A stretch of 64,000 bases of DNA from Anolis carolinensis (taxonomy: Eukaryota). Positions 35,854 through 46,121 of this stretch are shown here, piece by piece. Both the position numbers and the translations under genes were made by a program. The notes beneath the pieces are model-generated. The model was not told where the DNA came from. It worked only from the letters and a program-made list of their open reading frames with translations, and did no database searches. The stretch's first letter is position 1; each line of letters begins with the position of its first letter. The stretch spans positions 14,930,703 to 14,994,702 of the forward strand of contig NW_026943819.1 of the NCBI RefSeq assembly GCF_035594765.1, read 5' to 3'.

Positions 35854-38639
35854 CTCTAGAGAGAGAGAGAGAGAGAGAAAACCAAGGGAGATTGCATAGG
35901 AAATGTTCTATGGGTTCCACAGTATTATGGAGGGGAAATTATACCCTTTGGATATGATTCCACTCATATCCTCCACCTGTCTTAATTTGGCAGGGACATT
36001 CCCTATTCATTCCTTGTCATCCTGCTTTTCCCACTGCTTTTAAAGTGTCTGAGGCCCCTTCTACACTGCCATATAAAATCCAGATTATCTGCTTTGAACT
36101 GAATTATCTGGCAGTGTAGACTCACCCCTAATGTGGATTATCTTCTTTGATAATCTGGATTATATGGCAGTACAGAAGGGACCCCAGTTCTTTCTCCTAC
36201 TCTCCCCTCTTTCCCTCCATTGGTGGCAGACTGAGTTCAAACTACCAAAGTTAGTTTGTACTCAGTTAACTCAAATGGTTGGAAGAGAAAAGATGGTGCA
36301 AAACTCTTTCCGATTGGCTCATTAGAGCCATTGTGGAGCATTGGTTTGAACGTTGGACTATGACTCTGGAGATGAGAGTTCGAATCCACAATCAGCCCTG
36401 GAAATGCACTGGGTGACCTCTGGACATGATCCAGCTTGTCAATATTTTGGAAAATTGCATTCACAACAATTTGGAGACCATAGCCTTTTTGAAAAGTTTG
36501 ATCTTTCAGAGAAGAGCCAAAAACCCGTTTGAATAGAATCTTCTCATGTGATATATAGCCAAATGTAATATGCAAGGCAATGTCTTCCATTGTTAGATTG
36601 AACCTATTGTCTCTGATCTGTTAGGAAAACAGAGAATATACCAATGCACAAAGTAGCAGATTTCAGAAGTGTTTTTTAGTACCCAAAAATATATATAAAG
36701 CAACTAGTCTTATATTGTGCACTCAAGAGACTGCAATGAGGTAGGCTTTGGTAAAATAATGTATTTGGTTTACTCAAGACCTTCATGTGTTCAGCATATC
36801 TTAGGGACCGTCTCTCCTTCTCCCATCATCGGAGGTCGCAACGACCATCCCAACGAGACTTACTCTATGTACTGGATCCTAGAGAAGTGCACTTGGAGAG
36901 GACCAGGCGCCGAGCTTTTTCTGTTTCTGCCCCTGCCTTATGGAATGCCTTGCCGCCCTATATGAGAGCCATGCGTGAGTTGGGGCCTTTTACCCTTGCA
37001 CTCAAGACCTGGCTCTTTACTAGAGCTTTTAATCTATTTTGTATTTTGTATGTATGTATTTTTATCCTTTTTTATCTTGTAAATCGCCTAGAGCATCGTG
37101 GATGGAGGGCGATTAATAAGTAATTAAATGATGATGATGATGATAACACAAATACATATCTTGTCGGTCCAGTTTCAGATATGTTTGAGATGGTTTCTCT
37201 GTGCAGATGACCCAGGGCCTCTTTCTTACAACATCAAGCAAGTGTTTGCTCTTTACAGTCCAAAGTCTAAGAAGAAACTAAAATGGAGCCTGAGGTCTGA
37301 GCAGTCTCAGATCAGATCATGTGGTCTGCAGCCCCTCCCACAACCTCTCAGAAAACATAGAGCAAAACAAGCTGCATACCAGAACATACGTACAAAACAG
37401 TAAGCAAACAGAATAATAGATTGACAAATTACTAGAGGAGGCTTGAAGAAGGTTGTAATTTCCAACACAGTATCCTTGAATTGTGGTGCCCAGAACTGTA
37501 CACAGTAATCCAGATGAGGCAAGTCACAGTCACACTCTAGTCTCACCTGGAACAACACTGGATCCAGTTCTCAGCATTACAATTCAGTGAAGATATGGAC
37601 AAGCTGGAAGGTGTCCAGAGGACGATCAAAATTATCAAAGGTTTGGAGGCCAAGACTATGAGGAATGGCTTAAGGAGCTAAGTATGTTTAGCTTGGGAAA
37701 AGACTGAGGGGACATGATAGCCATGTTTACATATTTTAAAGGATGTCACATTGAGGCATGGGTGGCAATCATGGGAAGTTTGGAGGATGCCATCACTCCC
37801 ACCCACCTCTCCTATGCCCATCTTCAGCCTCCTGATGTTGCCTTGGGTGCAATGGAGAACCATATATCTCTGGAATTGAAGTGAAATTCAGCTGCTATTC
37901 TAGTTGACTTCTTTGGGAAAAACAGAGGCAAGAAGACACCTTGCCTGTCACCTGAAAAATCAGAACGGCTTAGGCTGAAGCTACAGATAATGTGAAAGTT
38001 AGCCCAAATCTCTCTGTACGCGTATGTATCATGAGCCCTGCTCCAGTTTCCCAACCTCACCTTTGCTCTAATCCTGCAAGGTAATGCAAATTTTGTCACT
38101 GTATTTGAAGAGGGGGTTGGAAAAGGCCACCTAGTGAGTTCAAGCTTTATTTCTGCTATGCTTCTGCGACAAAGCATCCAGAGCTGTTTCTGTAAAGCCA
38201 ATTCAGCGAACAACAATGTGAATAAAGCAAATTAGAAAATAAAGTAATATCAAATATTTTATAATATATTACTTACCTGGCTGACTGAAAAGGAGCAGGT
38301 TGAAAATTGCATGATAAAATGGGCCCAAAATTTAAGAAGGCCAGTCCAGATGAAAGAATTGTGGAACAAAAAAATTAAAATATACATATTTATTTATTTA
38401 TATTTCAAACTTATATGCCACCACTCCCCTAGGGCTCGGAGCGGCTTACAAGAACTGGCTAAAATCAACAATTTAAAAAACATCTTAAAAACATCTTTAA
38501 AAAACATCTTAAAAAACATCCTAAAAGCACCTTTTAAAACATCAACAACAGAACTCAAAAGCCTGTCAAAACAGGTGTGTCTTGCATGCCCTGCGCAAGG
38601 CCGACAAGTCCCGCAAGGATTTGAAAGAAAATTGGATAA

Positions 38640-39335
38640 AAATGTTCCACAGATGGTATACTACACCAAAACAATTAGCCAAAATGTACAAAACAGTTTC
38701 TGTTAAGTGTTAGAAATGTAAAGAAAAAGTTGGCTCCTTCTATCACATATGGTGGTCTTGTAAAGAAGCAACAAAGTTTTGGATGAAGATTCATGAAGAA
38801 TCACAAAAGGTTTTAAAGAGAAACTTTATAAGAAAACCAGAATACTATCTATTAGGATTTACAGATTTAGACTTACAATTGACTGAACAAGAAGATAAAC
38901 TTTTCACTTATATTATGACCACCGCTAGCATTGTTTTCGCTAGAGAATAGAAACAGGAATCAGCTCCACCAATTGAGGAGTGGGTGGAGAAGATAAGAGA
39001 AATAATGGATATGGACGAACTGACTTTTTTGTTGAAGAAAAATACAGGCAAGATAATGAAAAGAACGAATTGGGACAATTTGAGAAAATGAAGATTACGA
39101 GAGACAATTTTACTATTTTTTTCTTTAGTAAGGAAAAATATTATTGAATAATAAGAAAATATTGTCCAAGAAGATGGAATGGAAGTCACTTTTTTGTTTT
39201 TTTGTGTGTGTGGGTATATTTTTGTAGATTGTAGACCTTTATCTTTCTCTCTTTTTCCTACTTTTCTATACCTTCGTTGTTTTCTCTCTTGCGATGTAGT
39301 ATAAAAAATTTAATAAAATTCTTTAAAAAAAAACA
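38640..39335 (+). mobile_element. Decayed L1-clade LINE 3' end
   Basis: C*KCKEKVGSFYHIWWSC zinc knuckle near 38708-38762, disrupted frame, AATAAA and A-rich tail near 39312-39333. Confidence 0.7.
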
Positions 39336-39839
39336 ATGTGGATAAAGCAAATAAGCACATTAGTGTTATATCCTGAACATGTTATAGCTTAAAATGGGAA
39401 CATGTCAGAGTGTAGCTGGTTACACACAAGCTAGAAGAGGCTGCAGAAGTTTGCTTCTGTCTAAACCCACTGGGATGGGCAAGACTCTGTGCCCTCCTGT
39501 CCCCGGCTATTTTTGTGCAGCTGCCTTTTGCATTGCAAACTCAGTGTGCAGCAATGGAAGTAAAGTAAGGTCGAAGAGGGCAATGAGAACAAGAAGAGAG
39601 GAACTGGGACACTTTAAAAGCAGCTGCAAAGCTATGATGGTGGAAGGTTAATCGGGACTGTTGTCAAACCAGGACACTTGGGAAATACTGTCCAGTTTAA
39701 TCTGTATTTCTCTCAAGGTGTGAGTCCCAAGACTAGATAAAGTATTTGGATGATAACTAATGAAGGAGATGGGCCAGTCACATGATAATGCCTTTTATGT
39801 GCCCCTCACATTTACTACCTGGAGCAAATCTATTTTATT

Positions 39840-40325
39840 ATTTATTTAAGGTATTTATATTCCGCCTTTCTCACCCCGAAGGGGACTCAAGGCGGATCAC
39901 AATGTACACATACATGGCAAACATTCAATGCCATATGAACATAGAGACAGAGACAAAAACAGACACAGAGGCAATTTAACCTTCTCCAGCTTCCAGCTTC
40001 CTGAGGGTATGCTTGATTCCGGCCACAGGGGGAGCAGCTGCATCATTATCCACTGTGATGTCGAGTCCTCAGATACCTCCTCATTCCAAACACTGCTGGA
40101 TGATTTTTATGGTGTCGTAAATTAAATTAGCCTCCCCACATAAGTGATACCTAAATTTCCTACTTGATAGATGCAACTATCTTTCGGGTTGCTTAGGTCA
40201 ACAACGAGCAGGGCTATTTTTTATTGTAATGGTTGGGTGCTCACTCTGACAGGGGTTGGCCTCGAACTCATGACCTCTTGGTCATAGTGATTTATTGCAG
40301 CTGGCTACTAACCAGCCTGCACCAC
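39840..40325 (-). mobile_element. tRNA-headed SINE (Sauria-related), minus strand
   Basis: B box gagttcgagg on minus strand near 40260-40269; (TTTA)n tail near 39835; similar copy 56800-57180. Confidence 0.6.
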
Positions 40326-40364
40326 AGGCTGGTTATCTAAGTATCTATCAATCTAGAACTCAAA

Positions 40365-40533
40365 TTCTTCTTCGTGGTGCTTCTGTGGAAATCGCACATA
40401 TGGGATTTTCCCTGCGCCTGCGCAGTGTTCCGGAACCTTCTAGAATCTCTAAATGAAACATTTTGGCGGCAAGCCCCGCCCACTCTCCCCAATAGAGTAT
40501 ATATAGCCCGGTGGGCGGGGCTGGCCCCAGTTC
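40365..40533 (+). repeat. DIRS left inverted terminal repeat
   Basis: Inner ~140 bp is the exact reverse complement of 46122-46263. Confidence 0.95.
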
Positions 40534-40746
40534 TTTTTCTCCGCCGCTCAGCAGCAGTTAGGAACCTTGAGTATCTCAAACTTTATTTTTGGCCGACTGG
40601 TTTGACCTGGACTGTTTTTTGGACACCCGTTGCCTCTCTCCTGCCTATTTGATCTCGGAAAGTACCTCGGAAAAGATCTGATTTGCCTCTCTCCGCCCTA
40701 CAGACCTAGGAAAGGACTTGACTACTCTTAATTAAGGCCAGTATTA

Positions 40747-42912
40747 ATGGCGTCCTTCTTTAAAAAATGTGATGCGTGTGGGGGCACACTCCCTGAGGCG
40801 GATGGCCACGCCAAATGCCTCCTCTGCCTGGGGGAGAGCCATAACCCTCAATCCTGCCAAGTCTGCAGAGGTTTTACCCCCCAAGCGAGGAAAAATAGAG
40901 AATCGAGGCTTAAAGCCTTGCTATATGAACAGGCGCTAGCCCCAAATGCCCCAGGGGCCCAGGAGTCCCGGCCAAGCCCATCGGCCGCTGGAGGTGATGA
41001 GGCCGTTGAGCCCTCGTGTCCACCACCTCGAGAGGCCTTGCAGAGTATCACCCAAGAGGCGCCCGGATTAGAAGAGCCCACCACTGTGGCACAGCCATCT
41101 AAGGGCCTGAAGGAAGGCAAAAAGAAAACCAAGAAAACAAAACATCTCAATAAGGCCCCACGGGCCAAGCCGCTGCCTCAGTGCCAATCGAGGGCAAGCC
41201 TCTCTCCAAGATCGGACAACCCCCCTCCCTTGACTCCGATCGAACCTCAGGCCTCGCAAGCGCTTTCCTTATCAGGAATTATCCCTGCCCAGCCGGTGCC
41301 GTCACCACCGAGCGTACTGCAGGAGGCGCGGAACCGAGAAAGAAGGGGCAGAAGGTCTAGCTCCAGCTCCAGCTTGAGCAGCCCCCCTCCCTCTCCTAAG
41401 CGCCCCAGACGGGGTCGATCAACCCGCCGCCGGCGAGGAGCTGCCTCAGCCAGCTCTGCTGACTCCTCATCCCCACCTCGTGAGGGCTCTACTTACCGGT
41501 ATGGCAGGGCCAGCTCCTCAGCCCCTTGTCTTCCATACCCTTTTTATGGACAAGGGCTGCCTCCATACCCATTTTTTCCTCCTGGATTCGACCCTTGGGA
41601 GCCCTATAGGCAGTTTGCCGTTGCCTCGGCACCGGCGCGAAGCCACGCCTCCATGGCGTCGGGCCCGACAGCGCCATTGGAAGACAGCCGCCATGGCCAC
41701 GCCCCCACAAAGCCAGCGCCATTGGAGGAGGCCAGCCAACGCCACACCCCAGCGATGCCTATGGTGCGCATGCGCCCAGGGACTGAAACGCAGGCTGAAA
41801 TGGCATCCACCTCCGGAGCTTCCCTTCCTAGGACGCCTGTCCCTCCGCAGCAGGAAGAAGCCCCTAGTGGAGTTGAAGATAAGTCACTGGAAGCCCAGGC
41901 AGTAGTTTTAGACCCCCATGATGTTACTGACCCTGGGTCTGGGGAAGATTTTAAGACTTTCTCAGCGCTTCTAGTTAGACTCTCGCGGGCCCTCAATCTG
42001 CCGGCTCCAAAGCCTGTTAAAGTTGTTGAGGATCCAGTTTACCCCTCTTCCAAGCAGCATGGGCCTCTAACTACATCCCTGCCGTCACTGCCATATCTCA
42101 TAGAACTGGTAAAGAATGAAGGAGTCTCCCCAGCCTCCCTTCCTGCAACCCCCAGGAGGGCGGAGTTTTTATACAAGATTGAGCTTTCAGGGGCCCAGTG
42201 GCTAGCAGAGCAACCCAGACTGAATTCTAAGGTAGTAGACGCTACCCAACCTAAGGCAGTGCAGAGGTCTCAACCAACTCCAACCGATAAAGAAGGAAAA
42301 AAGCTAGAAAGTATGGGCAAAAAGTTTTATTCATCAGCATGCCTATTCGCTCGGATGGCACACTTCACAGCCTATACAGGTGCTTATCAATCCTACCTGT
42401 GGGAGAAGATGGCTCCATACATTGATCTACTCCCAATGCAGGACCAGGCGCTGGCAAAGGCGTTCCAGCAAGAGGCGTGTCTTTTGTCGGAAGTACAGAA
42501 GGAGCTGGCTAAGAATGTGGCTGATGCCTCAGGCAAACTCCTAGCTGGGGCCATATCCCTACGACGGCATGCCTGGCTCCGGGCCGCAAACCTATCCCCA
42601 TCGGCTAAGTCTGTCATCGAGGACCTTCCTCTAGATGAGGCAGGTATTTTTAACCCGGACACAGATGCCCAAATTAAAGACACACACGAGGTGACACAGG
42701 CAGCTCACAAGTACGGTGTTCAGCAGACCTACTACTATCAAAGACGTCGATGGGGACAGTATTATCGAAGTAGAAGATCCTCATCTCCAGCGTTTAGAGG
42801 GCGGCAGAGGCCTTCCTTTCGTCCATCGGGATCCAGACGTCCTTCTTTTCCCTTCAAGTCTCAGCACCGAAGTGCAGGAAAGCAGGGTGAGAAGCAGAGG
42901 CGCCGGTTCTAG
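40747..42912 (+). CDS. DIRS ORF1 Gag-like protein (N-terminal Cys/His finger, LAP2alpha-like helical C-terminal region)
   Basis: 721 aa; CxxC-x9-HxxCxxC-x4-H-x4-CxxC at the N-terminus; DKEGKKLESMGKK...RRHAWLR...IEDLPLD motif typical of vertebrate DIRS1 ORF1. Confidence 0.88.
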   Translation: MASFFKKCDACGGTLPEADGHAKCLLCLGESHNPQSCQVCRGFTPQARKNRESRLKALLYEQALAPNAPGAQESRPSPSAAGGDEAVEPSCPPPREALQSITQEAPGLEEPTTVAQPSKGLKEGKKKTKKTKHLNKAPRAKPLPQCQSRASLSPRSDNPPPLTPIEPQASQALSLSGIIPAQPVPSPPSVLQEARNRERRGRRSSSSSSLSSPPPSPKRPRRGRSTRRRRGAASASSADSSSPPREGSTYRYGRASSSAPCLPYPFYGQGLPPYPFFPPGFDPWEPYRQFAVASAPARSHASMASGPTAPLEDSRHGHAPTKPAPLEEASQRHTPAMPMVRMRPGTETQAEMASTSGASLPRTPVPPQQEEAPSGVEDKSLEAQAVVLDPHDVTDPGSGEDFKTFSALLVRLSRALNLPAPKPVKVVEDPVYPSSKQHGPLTTSLPSLPYLIELVKNEGVSPASLPATPRRAEFLYKIELSGAQWLAEQPRLNSKVVDATQPKAVQRSQPTPTDKEGKKLESMGKKFYSSACLFARMAHFTAYTGAYQSYLWEKMAPYIDLLPMQDQALAKAFQQEACLLSEVQKELAKNVADASGKLLAGAISLRRHAWLRAANLSPSAKSVIEDLPLDEAGIFNPDTDAQIKDTHEVTQAAHKYGVQQTYYYQRRRWGQYYRSRRSSSPAFRGRQRPSFRPSGSRRPSFPFKSQHRSAGKQGEKQRRRF

Positions 42913-44932
42913 CTCACAGCCTAGAACCCACTCCCGGTTGCCATCCAGTTCAAGTTTAAGTTCTCCAAGTTTATGTGGTTCTGTTTCTAGTTACGGGCAA
43001 ATGTTATTGCCTCGACATGTTGGAAAGCAGAAAGGGCACCCCACGTTCCTAAATAGACTGGGCCCGTTTATAGGTGCGTGGAGACAGATAACGTCGGATG
43101 CATGGGTCCTCAATATTATTGAGAGAGGTTATGCGATTGAATTTGAGTCCCTACCCCGCACTGGTACCCTCCGTCCTACCAGACCCTCACAGTGCCTCCG
43201 AGATGAGGTAACTACGCTGTTTGAGAAAGGAGCAATTTCCAAGTTTTCGCTCGGGAGGGCTCACAAGTGTTTTTTCTCAAGATATTTTCTTATAAAGAAG
43301 AAAGGTGGAGGCCTACGCCCCATCTTAGACCTGAGAGCAGTCAACAGACACATCAAAGCTCGGAGGTTTAGAATGGTCACCCTCGCCACCATTCTCCCCT
43401 TCCTCCGCAAGGGAGCATGGTTTGCAACGGTAGACCTTCGTGACGCCTACTTCCATATATCGGTGAGGCGCTCCCATCGCAGGTTCTTGAGTTTCCTTAT
43501 TGGGGATGTGATTTACTCCTTTAACGTCCTCCCATTTGGTTTAGCCACAGCGCCACGGGTTTTTACCAAATGCATGTCAGTCGTCGCAGCCGCCCTGAGG
43601 CAGAGGGGCATCACGATCTTCCCGTACATCGACGACTGGTTGCTAGTCTCTGACTCAAGACCCCAACTTGAATTTGATGTGTCCTTCACCTTGTCTTTCT
43701 TGCAGGGACTTGGCTTGATCATCAACGAGGAAAAGTCCCATTTACATCCGTCACAAACGATCCAGTTCATAGGAGCTCTTATGGACTCTATCGCCGAAAG
43801 GGCTTACTTACCAGAGGAACGGTTCCGTTCCATCCGTGCTTCTATTTCACAGCTCCGTATGTCTGGACAGGCGTCGGCGTGGCACGTCCAGTCTATCTTA
43901 GGCCATATGGCCTCGACAACATCTCTAGTAGACCTGGCCAGACTGAGGATGAGACCACTCCAATTCTGGTTTCTAAAAGTTTTCAACCCGTTGTTCGACA
44001 GCCAACGGACACTTCTGAGACCACCAGCCAGCGTCCTGGAATCCCTGGAGTGGTGGCTGAAGCGTCACAACCTACTAAAGGGCCTGCCATTCCACCCCCC
44101 GACACCATCACTCGAATTGACGACAGACGCCTCTCAAGACGGATGGGGGGCCCATCTCAACGGCATGACAATAAACGGTCGTTGGTCAGCTCAACACCGC
44201 ACCTTGCACATCAACCTGTTGGAACTACTGGCAGTGGAGAGAGCTCTGCATGCATTCGATCGCCTGCTCCGGGGCAACACTGTCAGATTGGTAACAGACA
44301 ACACTACAGTAAAGTTCTATCTGAACAAGCAGGGCGGGACGCATTCCAGGCTCCTGCTACAAATTTCCATGAGAATCTGGGACTGGTGTGTGGATCGACG
44401 GATAAACCTCCAAGCCGTCCACCTTCCAGGCAAAGACAACGCCTTAGCGGATGCCCTAAGCCGAACGACCACCTCCAACCACGAATGGCAGCTAAACAAC
44501 AAGGAGTTTCGACTCCTGGCGCGCCATTGGGGGTGGCCGGCAATAGACCTGTTTGCATCGCCGGAAAACACTCACTGCCCCAACTTCTGTGCCCGTCTTC
44601 GCCCGAATGCGACCCCAGGGTGCCTAGGAGATGCGTTTCGTTTTGTTTGGACAGGAGATCTGCTATACGCATTCCCACCCCTTCCTCTGATCGGCAGGGT
44701 GGTCACGAAGATTCTACGCGACGACTCCAACTGCATCCTAGTGACTCCGTGGTGGCCTCGCCAACCGTGGTTTGCGCCACTATGGAGGGCAGCCAAGGGC
44801 AGCTTCATCAGGTTCGACAACTCTCCAGACCTGCTCACGCTTCATCAGGGCAGAGTCCGCCACCCAGAATTGGCAACTCTACGACTTACAGCTTGGAGGA
44901 TCGAACCCAACAAGGACTCTCCTCCCCGGTGA
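42716..44932 (+). CDS. DIRS ORF2: reverse transcriptase - RNase H - adenine methyltransferase-like domain
   Basis: GGLRPILDLR, VDLRDAYFH, LPFGLATAP, YIDD (43625-43636); RNase H TTDAS/INLLEL/TDN/ADALSR; MT-like IDLFAS (44543) and YAFPP (44666); first ATG 43001. Confidence 0.95.
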   Translation: MFSRPTTIKDVDGDSIIEVEDPHLQRLEGGRGLPFVHRDPDVLLFPSSLSTEVQESRVRSRGAGSSSQPRTHSRLPSSSSLSSPSLCGSVSSYGQMLLPRHVGKQKGHPTFLNRLGPFIGAWRQITSDAWVLNIIERGYAIEFESLPRTGTLRPTRPSQCLRDEVTTLFEKGAISKFSLGRAHKCFFSRYFLIKKKGGGLRPILDLRAVNRHIKARRFRMVTLATILPFLRKGAWFATVDLRDAYFHISVRRSHRRFLSFLIGDVIYSFNVLPFGLATAPRVFTKCMSVVAAALRQRGITIFPYIDDWLLVSDSRPQLEFDVSFTLSFLQGLGLIINEEKSHLHPSQTIQFIGALMDSIAERAYLPEERFRSIRASISQLRMSGQASAWHVQSILGHMASTTSLVDLARLRMRPLQFWFLKVFNPLFDSQRTLLRPPASVLESLEWWLKRHNLLKGLPFHPPTPSLELTTDASQDGWGAHLNGMTINGRWSAQHRTLHINLLELLAVERALHAFDRLLRGNTVRLVTDNTTVKFYLNKQGGTHSRLLLQISMRIWDWCVDRRINLQAVHLPGKDNALADALSRTTTSNHEWQLNNKEFRLLARHWGWPAIDLFASPENTHCPNFCARLRPNATPGCLGDAFRFVWTGDLLYAFPPLPLIGRVVTKILRDDSNCILVTPWWPRQPWFAPLWRAAKGSFIRFDNSPDLLTLHQGRVRHPELATLRLTAWRIEPNKDSPPR

Positions 44933-45930
44933 AGGCCATTCTTCGGGCAGCCCAAAAGTCTTCCACGAAGCAATCGTACAGATACAAGTGGTCTAGGTTT
45001 TGTAAGTTTGCAGAGGCAAGAGGCCTAGACCCCGTCTCGGCCCCAACGTCAGAACTCCTAGACTTCTTATTACACCTATCCACCTTGGGCCTCTCGCTTG
45101 CCTCCTTGAAATGCTACCTGGCGGCCATCTCCTGGTATCGGAGGGGATTCGACGGTCAGTCGTGCTTTCAGGATCCCTTAGTCAAGCTCTTCTTTAAAGG
45201 TTTCAAAAACTTGCACCCCCCGGTGACCCCACCCGCACCAGCGTGGAGCCTGGAGTTGGTACTATCTCAGTTGTCCAAACCCCCATTTGAACCCATGGCC
45301 TCGTGTGATATTTCGCACCTCTCCTGGAAAACGGCGTTCTTAGTGGCGGTCACATCAGCAAGAAGGGTGTCTGAACTTTGCGCCCTCAGGGCGGACCCGC
45401 CTTACTTGAGATTTCATAAGGATAAAGTGGTCCTGAGAACTGACGTCACTTTCTTACCCAAAGTCGTTTCTAGATTCCACATGAGCCAGGATCTAACTCT
45501 GCCAGCATTCTTCCAGAACCCCTCATCGCCCCTGGAGGTGGCATTGCATTCCTTGGACGTGAGGAGGGCCTTAGCATTTTATACCCAAAGAACTTCGGGC
45601 CACAGGAAGTCACCCAGGTTATTTTTAAAATACCGAGCGGATGCTCTGGGGACCCCAGTCTCCTCTCAGCGCTTGGCATCCTGGATAGTGTCGCTGATCC
45701 GATTAGCGTATAAACTAGCAGGCCAAGATCCTCCACAGCGGATAGTCGCCCATTCCACGAGGGCGTTGGCTACGTCTCAGGCTTTTCTTAAAGGAGTTCC
45801 GTTGGAGGATATTTGCAAGGCGGCAACATGGTCTTCTTCATCCACTTTCGCCACGCACTACAAGCTGGACATCCTGGCGAAGAGAGACGCAGCGTTCGGA
45901 AGGGCCGTCCTCTTCTCATGCGTGGCATGA
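43879..45930 (+). CDS. DIRS ORF3 tyrosine recombinase (with long N-terminal frame overlapping ORF2)
   Basis: SARRVSEL (Arg), HSTR (45751-45762), ATW...FATHY (Tyr 45859-45861); recognisable domain starts near 44900; true start codon uncertain. Confidence 0.93.
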   Translation: MARPVYLRPYGLDNISSRPGQTEDETTPILVSKSFQPVVRQPTDTSETTSQRPGIPGVVAEASQPTKGPAIPPPDTITRIDDRRLSRRMGGPSQRHDNKRSLVSSTPHLAHQPVGTTGSGESSACIRSPAPGQHCQIGNRQHYSKVLSEQAGRDAFQAPATNFHENLGLVCGSTDKPPSRPPSRQRQRLSGCPKPNDHLQPRMAAKQQGVSTPGAPLGVAGNRPVCIAGKHSLPQLLCPSSPECDPRVPRRCVSFCLDRRSAIRIPTPSSDRQGGHEDSTRRLQLHPSDSVVASPTVVCATMEGSQGQLHQVRQLSRPAHASSGQSPPPRIGNSTTYSLEDRTQQGLSSPVKAILRAAQKSSTKQSYRYKWSRFCKFAEARGLDPVSAPTSELLDFLLHLSTLGLSLASLKCYLAAISWYRRGFDGQSCFQDPLVKLFFKGFKNLHPPVTPPAPAWSLELVLSQLSKPPFEPMASCDISHLSWKTAFLVAVTSARRVSELCALRADPPYLRFHKDKVVLRTDVTFLPKVVSRFHMSQDLTLPAFFQNPSSPLEVALHSLDVRRALAFYTQRTSGHRKSPRLFLKYRADALGTPVSSQRLASWIVSLIRLAYKLAGQDPPQRIVAHSTRALATSQAFLKGVPLEDICKAATWSSSSTFATHYKLDILAKRDAAFGRAVLFSCVA

Positions 45931-45962
45931 CCCACCGCCATTGGTGAGTAGCTTGTCAGTCT

Positions 45963-46061
45963 CCCATATGTGCGATTTCCACAGAAGCACCACGAAGAAG
46001 AAGATATAGTTGCTTACCTGTAACTGTGTTTCTTCGAGTGGTGTTCTGTGGAATTCGCACA
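45963..46061 (+). repeat. DIRS internal complementary region (ICR)
   Basis: First half is the reverse complement of 40365-40404; second half is the reverse complement of 46257-46315. Confidence 0.95.
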
Positions 46062-46121
46062 ACCCGCCCATCCTCCCCGCGGTACTCATGCCACAGTGCT
46101 CAGCTGCTTCTTCGCGGCTGG

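Noticed and set aside
37824-38216. 130-aa minus-strand ORF (also 35415-35732)
   Set aside because: No recognisable homology or exon boundaries.
38269-38282. tacttacctggc matching the U1 snRNA 5' end
   Set aside because: Only about 12 nt match and the rest of U1 is absent; at most a minus-strand splice donor.
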